Below, one piece after another: positions 14,790 to 24,262 of a stretch of 64,000 nt of DNA. Within the stretch, counting starts at the first letter, position 1; every line of letters starts with the position of its first letter. Source of the stretch: Lama guanicoe (taxonomy: Eukaryota); the NCBI GenBank assembly GCA_013239625.1, contig MU053810.1:1561518-1625517 (forward strand), given 5' to 3'. Made by a program: the position numbers and the translations under genes. The notes below the pieces were generated by a model. It was not told the DNA's origin. It did not search any database and saw nothing but the letters and a program-made list of their open reading frames with translations.

Positions 14790-15210
14790 TTTTCATTCCT
14801 ATATACATTTACATTATATGTCTATATATTTTTTTTAAATCACATCAATTGTATATGTTTTTGACTCAGTAATATGCTGGAGGTAGCTTCTTTCCATGTT
14901 AACACATGGATTTATCACTTTCATGGCAGCACAGTATTCCATGAAATTGTTGCATCATAATGTATGTAACCAGGCTCCTCATGATGGACGTGGAGGCTGT
15001 TTCCCAGTTTTTTATTTAAATGGCATTGGGAGGAAGTTACTTGTACAGTAATCTTTGTGCACTGATCTGATTGGCTGAGTAGTCGAAATTGTACATATGG
15101 CCTTGCTGGAACAACGGTATACAGGTATTAATACAGGTTGCCAGGCTGTCTTCAGAAAAGTTATACCAATTTATGTTGTGTTTTCATATTCCCTAGCAAT
15201 ACAAATCTAA
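14790..15210 (-). mobile_element. Old L1 (L1MC/L1ME-like) 3' fragment
   Basis: Reverse L1 3'-region motifs: ttccatgttaacacatgg..cagtattccatg..gatggacgtggaggctgtttcccagttttt..ttataccaattta. Confidence 0.6.
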
Positions 15211-17014
15211 TTTTTGCAACGAATGTTATGGAGACAATAAGGTTTATTTCTTAGACTTTGAGTTACATGCAGTCTTGGTACCTGTTTTATATACTAGGTG
15301 ATACGAGAAAGGCCAGCAGATATGCATATTCTTTTCTGATTGTGACTTCCAAGTGATCAAATGCTTAGATGATTCCTTTGCAGTTGTCTGACTTAGATCA
15401 GCATATTCTTGCAAGCTGAGCTCTTAACAAGAGGCCTAACTTGTTTTTCATGAGATCAAATATCTTCTTGGATTAACACATGTTCTTAAATCAAAATTAT
15501 TGTTTCTATGTACACTGCTGCCATTTCACATAGTGAAGACCAGATGAAGTTAATCATCTATTTCTTTATCATCTCAGTGTGTGATCGAGCTTGATTTTAT
15601 GGTGATAAGGTTCCTGTTTTACGATTACTGTCTAAGACAGACACAAATGACTAATTTCATGGCTTGGTTTATTCTTATGCTATTGTGGAGAGTGAATGTT
15701 TGACCCCGCTCTGAACCGAGATAAAGCTCTTGATCGCTCACTATGTGCTCTATTCAACAATTGATAAAACCTTTAGACATGAAATCAATCATTATAACCT
15801 GTTAGCTGTGCTATCCTATGACATTTGAACACATAAACTAGAACTAGAACACCGACATCTCCTCTGGCTGTTCAGTAAACTGTCTGATAAAGCCAAGTAC
15901 CTCTGTAACCAGTTCTCTCTTTCTAAAATGAATTGGAATTTTTTATGAAATATAATTGGTCAGGGCCTTTGGGACTTAGTACTTCTCCACCACTGTGATG
16001 GAGCCCAATACTTGAAGTCCATTCCACAGCCGCCTTTGTTTTTGTTGTTTGGAATTAATTTGGGTAGAGGTTTTTTGTTTTATGTTTTCTTTTTTTTAAA
16101 TTAGGTACAAGGAGAGGATAGATCATCTCAGAAACTGTGTTTCACTCTAGACTAGATAAGCATCATGTAAGTATTTGTTGTTGTTCACATTAAGCTCCCA
16201 AACTTGCCTAGACCTTGTTCCCAGGGAAGGAAGGGGAGCAGTTTATCACATGGTCAAGGCAGGTCATCTTGTGAACAAAGAGGAAATTTTGAGTCCTGAG
16301 CAGCTGCTGAGCAGAACACAGAACGTGTCTTTGTGGCCTGACATGGACAGGCGTCTGACTGCAGTGGAAATTGAAAGTAAAATAGTTACTCTTCTTTCTG
16401 ATACCCAAACGGGGGGAAGAAGGTAGTCCTGGGATGCCATGCAATTTAAGGGTTACCATCTCTTCCATTAAAAAAAAAATCAATCAACTCTCCATCAGAT
16501 GAACCCTTTTTATTTTACAAAATTATTGAATGGTTTTTAAAGGAGTAATGGAGCCTGGAATGATAATCTTGGTGTTTCTGAGAAACACATGTCTAATAAA
16601 AAAGGGAAAATGAAATCAAAGATCTCATTACTAGAAATAATTGAATGGAAGTCTTATCCAACTTTACCTTTTGATAAAAAGCTATTAAAAATAATTCATC
16701 ACTAAGAGAAAATCAAGTGGCATGAGAGAGACATCTTTATAGCCATGAGTTTATATGGTTCCTTTCTTAGCAAGAACCATGTCCAGGTTTACATTAAATA
16801 CATGATCACTGTGAGTTGAGAGTTCATATATTAATTTACAAAAATTTTAAAAGTTTATACCCTTGGCACTTAAATTTAGAAATATTCATATGTGAAAACA
16901 CTACACTATTGAGTGGATCTCAAAGGTTTTTATTTAAATCTATCATTCTAAGCCTGGGATCTGTGTATCTCTAGCATCCTCTCCTTAAGGACGCCAGATT
17001 TCTTTAGAATGTAA

Positions 17015-17189
17015 AATATTCAATAAACCAAATAGAACTTTGGGGACCTGCCTGTCTTGAAGATCCAAGAAATCTGTTCAACAGCTTCACCCCCAATACT
17101 ATGACTATAGAAAAACAGAGCTATTGCCAGGATTTCTGAAAAGTTCGAGGACATTTTCTTTGTCTCTAACTTTTAGAGTTCTACTTCTT
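17015..17189 (-). pseudogene. Filovirus-like VP35 EVE, 3' segment (end of the interferon-inhibitory domain), downstream of the RAB23 insertion
   Basis: Minus-strand translation against remembered EBOV VP35: (NV)PRTFQKS 17130-17150 vs [11 protein letters not shown] 17081-17092 vs GWVC (TGG>TGA); FLDLQD (LQD at 17054-17062) vs VFQLQD; GLLNI 17015-17029 vs GLKI. Motifs are colinear, with frameshifts and stops. Confidence 0.8.
17174..17189. repeat. Target-site duplication of the RAB23 retrocopy (left copy)
   Basis: tagagttctacttctt, identical to 19476-19491; overlaps the T10 run (17188-17197) that is the poly(A) tail on the - strand. Confidence 0.95.
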
Positions 17190-19475
17190 TTTTTTTTATC
17201 CAAGAGAAGTTATTTTTACATATTTTAAAATCCTGTAAAAACCAGGTATATTGCAAGGGGTTAAAAACAAAGTCAGCGATGAATGATGGTCAGTTTTAAC
17301 AGAGTTCATGCAATTATCTTAGTGGGAAAGCCACTGTCCCAAGTCATAAAATTTATGCCCTGTCACATGATTACATATTAAAATCATTTCTTAAAAGAAG
17401 TTATTTTGCACTTGGTGCTGACAGAGCTCTTGAGAAAGTGCTGTACAAATGGAAGGCTGTAGAAATTTTTCAATGATAATTTTAAAATACCATACAAAAA
17501 CGTGTAAACAAAAAGATGCTTTAGTGTTGCAGGGCATTATAAAATCCGTCATATGGATTAAGACAACTGATCATTTCTTGTGCATTTTATAAAATTGTTA
17601 GCATAATCCTATAAGTTCAAAATTGCATTGTGAGCAGCAAAAGGTGCTGGGGGTGTGGCTGAACGCACAGGACGGGGAGTCCCCGTGGCCTCCTCGTCTC
17701 TCCTGAAGGACTCGCCAGGCGTGCGGAAGGCCAGTCCCACCTGGGAGATGCTCCAGCACTGAGACATTTATCCTCCTGTCACCTACCCTGGCAGAGAGGA
17801 AAACTGCTCTTAAAAGACTTTATAAACAGTACAAATTCAGGGAAAGCATTGAAAATTAGGTATGATATATTTTTGGCACAAAGCACTTTTAAAATCTGAG
17901 CTCATTTTGCGAAATATATGTCTGGAATTTCTTATTAAAAATAAAAACTTAGAATGGTCAATGGTTCTATGAACGAATGAATGAGAGTCTACGTGTCCTT
18001 TAACACCATACTCCCCTCCGGCTCACTTCAGTCCCAGGCATTGGCATGCATACCCCCACATTCTAGATCCTACAGATATTGCACAAGGAACATCGCCAGA
18101 GTACACACGAACACTCTCTGGCAAGATCAGAGGGTTACCTTTCGATAGCATTTTCTGTAAGTATTCAGATCCAATACCATTTCCCAGAAAAGCGAGATGA
18201 CCAATCTCAGAGAAAGAAGGCTCGCTATCTTTCCTTGGCTCATAATATTAAAATCTATACCAATATATTTAGGCATTTCCTTTATGTTTTCCAGCATTTA
18301 AAATTCAGCAAAACCTGTTTCTGCTATTTCTTATAGCATTCCTTCAAAAATAGGAGAAGCTTCGTCTAATGTAAAAAAATTAAAATGAGTCCACAGGGCA
18401 GTAAGGTTTCCAACAGAGATCTTGCTCCATCCTGAAAAGCACTGTGGAACAACAGTTAAACCTGTCAACTTCCAGAGAGCCACTGGGTGCAAAGTCTGCT
18501 AAGAAATCGTGTCACATACCACGACAGCCGGATGTCCATCTTGCCGCACAATTAATTCAATCCTCTTCCTCCCTAAGATGTTTTAGGGCATGCTACAGCT
18601 GCTAAAAGGATTTCTGTTTTTCTTGGTCCTCTGTTTGTTGGGTCTAAGATTGATGACATCTCCACCATTAAGGGTGCTTGAATTCTGACCCAAGTGACTT
18701 CCACCAGATGCGCTAGACACCAATTTTGTTACTACTTGAGTGCACTGACTCTGGACCCTCAGCTATCTGTTGTTTAAGTTTTTGAAGGTGTTTTTCTGCC
18801 AAATATTTAAAAACCTCGCTCACATGCAGGCCCTTCTTCACCGACGCCCTGTAGAACCTCAGCTTCAGCTTCTTCTCCAGGGCCTCAGCCTCCCCATTCT
18901 TTATACAAGAGTCATCCAGGAGGTCAGTCTTGTTTAGCACAGGGACAGTTGGGATGTCTCCGACTTCAGCCACCACCTTCTCTCTCCAGCTGGAGATTCC
19001 CTGTCTGTGGTGGAAAAGACAGGCACCAAGCTTCGTTATGGCATCAAATTTATCCTGACCCGCCGTATCCCACAGCATCAGCCTGACTTCTTCATTGTCA
19101 ACTTGGATTTGTCGCTCCAAAAAATCAACTCCAATGGTTTTCTCGTAGTCTTTTGTAAAAATGCCTTTGCAACACCACTGAACCATACTTGATTTTCCAA
19201 GTATGATTCCACATGACTCCATTCCCTACGGCCACCACCCTGATGGCCACTTTCATATCTTCCTCCAACATGTTTGGAATGGAAAAGGTTTCTGTACCAA
19301 CTTTAATTCCAGGTGATCAGATCTCCTCTGTCAAATCGGCCCCGCTGCCCGCTGCCCGCCACCCAGGGCGACCGCTCCCCGGCGTGGCCTCCGACCACCT
19401 GGCACCCTCTTTTCTCGCTCTTTTCTGAACGATTTGGATACTTTTCACCAACTTTGTCGGAAGACAGGACTCAGC
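17190..19475 (-). pseudogene. RAB23: RAB23 processed pseudogene (near full-length mRNA retrocopy)
   Basis: Intronless. ATG at 19271 reads MLEEDMKVAIRVVAVGNG; KGIFTKDYEKTIGVDFLERQIQV and LMLWDTAGQ are present; the C-terminus RPNKQRTKKNRNPFSSCSMP ends at TAA 18583-18585. Has a ~204-nt GC-rich 5'UTR, ~1.39-kb 3'UTR, poly(A) tail and 16-bp TSD. Disablements: +13-nt frameshift in the P-loop, net 36-nt loss around AYYRGAQ..SFEAV, and a 2-nt deletion giving TAG at 18713-18715. Confidence 0.97.
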
Positions 19476-19491
19476 TAGAGTTCTACTTCTT
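19476..19491. repeat. Target-site duplication of the RAB23 retrocopy (right copy)
   Basis: tagagttctacttctt. On the - strand the site reads AT|AAGA, close to the L1 endonuclease TT|AAAA consensus. Confidence 0.95.
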
Positions 19492-19805
19492 ATGTGTTTT
19501 TTCTGTACTGTGCTATGTGGCATAGATGAGAAAATTGGTACCATCTTTGAGTCCCCACAAAGACCACTCACACAAAACAATTTTTCCTACGACTTGTTAT
19601 GGAACGGGAATTTGGAGGAGGGATCTGTACAGCAGCAACAAAAACTGGCAAAATGGAACAGAGGTTCTCTCTGTTTTTGCGGTGACTTTTGAGCACTCCA
19701 ACTTCATAGTGTTTGTGAAGGTGGGGCCTTGTGTTCTTGCCAGCAACCCTTTCCTTTTCATCCCTATTTTCGCCTCTGGTCCCTTCAATTCTCCTCTCCT
19801 CCATG
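19476..19805 (-). pseudogene. Filovirus-like VP35 EVE, 5' segment (approx. EBOV VP35 aa 177-300)
   Basis: EERRIEG 19781-19801 plus ENRDE 19757-19771 vs [35 protein letters not shown] 19579-19641 vs MARV [35 protein letters not shown] 19530-19556 vs GDS..[11 protein letters not shown] 19482-19496 is identical to EBOV HIRSR. Confidence 0.82.
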
Positions 19806-19809
19806 AAGG

Positions 19810-21168
19810 TAGAACACGTCTCTCCTGATGCTCTGAAGTTGAATAGTATCCAACTCCTGTCAACTTGTACTCATACCGTCAAAAGCTTGTTGAGAAATTT
19901 TTCTAAGCAAACGCATTTCCCTTCCATCCTTCAACCAAGGAACTGTGGTGCCAGAGTATACGTATTTTCCCAACGCATTACAATAAAAATTTTATAATAA
20001 TATATAACTCTTAAAAATTTGAGATAAACTATGACAGCCCCACAAGGTTGGTTTGCAGAGGCCATGGGCAACTTATTACACCTCAGCTGCCATTTTGCAA
20101 AATCGATTGGCATACAAATCATCAATGTGCATAACTCACTGACCCTAGAGATTAAACAGCGTAAAATCTATGAAGGCTTCAGTGTGCCAGTTACGTTAGT
20201 GTCTTAGAAAGCAGAGCAGCAGTGAGTTACTTGCCTTGAGCTGTGACATCTCATCTTAAATTGCACATCTATATTGCTAGACAGTTTTGGAAGCTGCTGG
20301 TTTATGACTGCACAGGATGGCATGCAGTTTGAAGTCATTTAGCTTTTGTTAACAGGATGTTCCCTGTTTCTTTTTACAATAATATTCTGCAGGGTTTATG
20401 GATTGGACCTCTCCATTTTCTTGCACACTGTTGAAGGACCTCAAGTAGAATGACTGCTTTGTTGGAGTCATGGAGGTGGATATAACTCAATAGCAGCAAT
20501 GTATACTGTGCAGTCTCATTATTTTGAAGATCTAAATACAAACCATTGATTTTCACTGAATGCATCAAAAAGGGTTGTAGCAATCTAACCAAACTGAGTA
20601 GTGATGTACTGAAGTTCAATATGAGGCCACAAATGGACTGTTACAGAGTTCTAAGCACATTTGAATATATGTAACTTGACAACTTTTTGTTCTTAGCATT
20701 CCCATAAGTTTCCGAGGCATGTGCAACATTAAAGAAACCTTGTGGGAGAAGAAACACTAGCAATCTCATACACCAGAAGTGACAAAAAATGCAGGAATCC
20801 TTGTTCATGAAATGAGCCAGGTCTTCCATCCAGTTACGGAAGATATCAAAACCAATTCTTTTCACAGGGTGACATCTAAGTGAGTCAAATGGCATTGATG
20901 TGCAGAGTCGATGCACAGAGATATTTGGGTGGCACATGAAACAGAGAGAGGTCGTGGAGGAATATTTACTCTGGGAAGCATTTCAAAGACCTATGAAAGG
21001 AGTCGATTTGATTGGCCTCATCAGAGTCTGCCTTGCTTTCTGAATTGAAGGTAGACTGCTTTGCAATGATGCCTTTGCCGTGCTAGAAAGCCCCTCAAAG
21101 TGATGGCACGTTGTCTTTTGTATCAGGCACTTGGTGAGAAGCAGTGCCGACAACTTTAAAGGCTCCAT
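19810..21168 (-). pseudogene. Filovirus-like nucleoprotein (NP) EVE, N-terminal core (approx. EBOV NP aa 1-376), degraded
   Basis: Colinear minus-strand motifs vs remembered EBOV NP: GLS/KGIIAKQ 21056-21093 (GLSVQQGIVRQ); HFLS..IAS/FLLPQ 20740-20791 (QFLSFASLFLPK); GLI/QY 20606-20628 (GLIQY); IFKIMR 20514-20531 (IFRLMR); HDSNKAVI 20449-20472 (HDANDAVI); IIVK 20372-20383 (LIVK); NIL 20353-20361 (HIL); FKLH 20322-20333 (VRLH); DEMSQLKA 20232-20255 (NEVNSFKA); LFNL/VSEL 20132-20159 (LLNLSGVNNL); VAHG 20061-20072 (TAHG); GAVIV 20027-20041 (AGVNV); QELD 19848-19859 (RELD); QERRVL 19810-19827 (QEKKIL). Many frameshifts and stops. The start ATG at 21168 is tentative. Confidence 0.85.
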
Positions 21169-21889
21169 TTTCTATTGTGACCATTGTGTTGTACCTGAAC
21201 GGAGAGCTGGCTCTAATTGTCACCCCTCCTGAACCTTTTCCCAAAGCAATTGATACTGAACACGTTGTCCTTTATTGTGTGTGGAAATGAGGTGCCTTTT
21301 GGTGACTGGATATGTCATGTATGTTTAAATCTGGAAATAAATAAATCAGAGTTTATTTTCCCTGCCCTAAAGCTGACATTTAGTAAACATTTTTTTTTAA
21401 TTGGAAACACTTGTTTCAAGAAATAAAGAGATGAGCATTGCAAGTGAGATCGTGTTGGATTCAGAGGACTTGGGTATTTTCGTGTTTGACCATCTTCCGC
21501 TAGAGATGGAACAGCGACAGTGACAGCGAGGAGGAAGAGACTCTGGACCATTTGCTGGAAACAGGCTTCTATCTACCATAGTAATGGGACAAAATGGGAT
21601 CAAAATGACTTTTGAGGCAGGATCCCAAACTGAGTTTCACTCAAGTCAGTGAAGCCTGAGGATTTTCAATGTGCTCAGTTAGCGTCATTTCTTTAACTGA
21701 TAAAGACAGAAAAGGAAGCCTGTTCATTCAGGAAGTATCTACTGACCCTGGCCACGGGCAGACCCTGTGGAAGACAGTAATGAGACAGGCGTAACCCAGA
21801 AAGGCATATCTGTGCCCTCCCATGCGCTGTCTGTCAGCTCATCTTTGTGTGAATTAGAATTTATCCTCAATTTCCTTTTACTTTCAAAC

Positions 21890-22355
21890 CAGTGGTTCTC
21901 AAACTTGATCGAGATCAGAATCACCTGCAGGGCTTTTTAAACCACAGATCACTGGACCCCACCGTATTTTCTTTTCTTTCTAAAAAAAGTTGTTTTTAAA
22001 TTTATTTTTCCAGCTTTATTGAGGTATAATTGATGAATAAAAATGTAAGACACTTAAGGTCTACATCATGGTATTTGATATACATATGCATTGTGAAAGG
22101 ATTCTCTCCATTGAGTTAATGAACACATGCATCATGTTTCATATTTATTTATTTTTTTTTTGGTGAGAACATTTAAGTTCTACTCTCTTAGTAGATTTCA
22201 ATTATACAACACAGAGTTGTCAATTATAGTTTGATTTATATATATATATATATATATATATAATTGTCAATTATAGGGTGAGTCCCAAGAATCTGGATAT
22301 CTGACTGGTGTCTAGGTGAGGCTGCTAGTCTGGGATCACACTTCAAGAACCACTG
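21890..22355. mobile_element. MER5A-like hAT MITE interrupted by an L1 3' fragment and (TA)n
   Basis: TIRs cagtggttctc... and ...gaaccactg; the two MER5A halves lie at ~21890-21963 and ~22277-22355. Confidence 0.8.
21966..22230 (-). mobile_element. L1 3' end (L1MA9-like)
   Basis: T-rich tail followed by ccagctttattgaggtataattga..tttgatatacatatgcattgtgaaa..ggtgagaacatttaagttctactctcttag. Confidence 0.8.
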
Positions 22356-24072
22356 CTCTAAATAAAGGTCAGACGCTGCTTAAATGTGAGTGGTGACAGG
22401 TGTGAATATTAACCAAGCGTTCATGTAAGTCAGTGGACAAATGCTGTAGCAGAAGAGTCACGGCTCCACTAAACTTTGGAAAGTGTGTTACATTTTTGTG
22501 TGCCCAATGTCACTGTGAAATTAAAATAAAACACTTTTAAACTTTAAATTCTGTTTTTATAATATATCTTCCTTTTAAAGAATTCCCCAAATTGGGCAGT
22601 TTTTGATAACTCATTTAAAAATACTTTTTGGTGAATGAAAGGAGTTATAGATTAAGCACTACTGATTTAAATGTTGAGAAGGAGAGCATCTAAATTACCT
22701 AACTGAGCCTGATGGACTATTAATAAGCATTTGATTAAATGAAGTTCGTATTTTAGGGGATCCAGTTTGACTTTTCTTTGTCATTTGCACTGAAGTGTCT
22801 GCAGCCATCTTCACCTGTGAATTGTTCTCAATTTCTCTCTCCTGAGAGTGTAATGGCTCAGAGCCCTCCCCTCCCTTTCTCCGGGAGACTCCTTTGTCCT
22901 CATTCTTCTGTGCTCTGTGTTAGTAGCTCACTGGACACAGCAGGTTTACAGTATTTCAGAAATAAACTTTAGAGGGAAAGTATCCCCAAGCATACTCTTT
23001 TCCCCCTGAAATCAGAAGTGACACACTCCATTGCACCTTCTCCAAGGGCAGGATCACTTTTCATTACTGTTATTTTCATCTGACATTTGATGTACTCGAC
23101 TCAAGGATGTAGATTTCAGGGGACATGATGAGAAATATCTGAAGAGCCCTTTTGATCATCGCTGATTAGAGCCAAGCTTCTTTTCGGTTTTAGGTCATGT
23201 CTGTAGTCAGGAAACGAGCTTGATCTCCGGTTCTTTGGGAAGAAGCAGTAATTTTTCCCTTTCTACATACATCTGTAACTAGACTCCTATAAATGCAAAA
23301 ATTGTTAATTTGTTATTGAGAATATGGCAACTAGGAAAATTTAACTATAGTTATAAGCAACGGTATGTCAGTAAATGTATAGTAACCAGCTCTCTGAGCA
23401 AAGAAAAGAGGCCTGATTTGTAGCATTTGCCAATTTCCTTGGTGTCAATACTCCCGCCACGACCACTTTTAAGCTACCAACCAGATATCACTGAAAATGG
23501 AGATGGCAAGAGAGATACACAGTTGATTCCTGAAAGCCAGTTTTCAGCACACCAGGGGAAGCCGACGGCTGTGTTGTGTTTGTTTTCAGGTGAGTGCAAA
23601 CAGCAACAGGAAGGCAGAGGATCCCCAGGTTTTCATTATCAGTCCTTTACTTGAGCAAAAAGAAGTCTCAGCATTGGACCTTTTCCAAAGTACTAGCTTC
23701 CCACTTCCACATAATGTATTCAGTGGCTCTCCATCCTTCATCACTGTGGAAGTAACTCAGAAACTCAAAAGGAGCAATATGCTGAAAGCAATTAAAACTC
23801 CTCACTAAGGGAAAATAAATAAAAGCACAGCGTCCTAGCCGTATCTTTGTAGTAATGCCTCTGAGCTGTGGGCTGTGTGTTGGGCACTTGCCCCAGCACA
23901 GTGCCACACGATTATTACAACCGCTGTCACCCTGCACTGTGTCATTGTTTACCTGCATGTCTCTCTGTCCCACTAGACCCTGAGCTCTTTGAGGGCAGAT
24001 GCCATTTTTTTTTTTTTTTGTGATTGCCAAACCTCAGTGTGGATGCTTGGTTAATAACAGGCATTTGCAATG

Positions 24073-24262
24073 GGTCCTGTGCCTCCAGAGAGGACAATTC
24101 TAAAGGACCATTTTAGTCTGGGTCTCCTCCTGAGAGCAGCCCAGGCCTCTGTTACAACTGCATTACAATTGAATTTTTCCTTCTGCTTAACCCTGCTTCC
24201 CTTAACAAGCTGAGGGCATGCTACAACAAACCTCTTGCATGCAAATCTCCAGTTCAAAGACA
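24073..24262 (+). mobile_element. ERVL LTR16-like fragment
   Basis: ttccttctgcttaaccctgcttccc..aacaaacctcttgcatgcaaatctcc resembles the LTR16 3' end; it lies next to an L2 end at ~23900-24065. Confidence 0.55.

Noticed and set aside
17041..17080. EQISWIFKTGRSP resembling the VP35 N-terminal peptide (SGWISEQLMTGRIP)
   Set aside because: It is out of order with the other motifs; another frame of the same bases gives the colinear C-terminal FLDLQD..GL match.
19320..19400. GC/CpG-rich patch as an independent promoter or CpG island
   Set aside because: It lies inside the TSD-bounded retrocopy and is explained as the RAB23 5'UTR.
19560..19756. KERVA and PP..KNCFV..DG read as NP aa ~399 and the NP C-terminal domain
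   Set aside because: The same bases give a longer, denser colinear match to VP35 (ENRDE, [21 protein letters not shown]), so the NP reading is probably coincidental.
21270..21500. Minus-strand CCACACACAATAAAG (filovirus leader-like) and GCGGAAGATGG (gene-start-like)
   Set aside because: Both are too short and imperfect to separate from chance without ortholog-defined boundaries.
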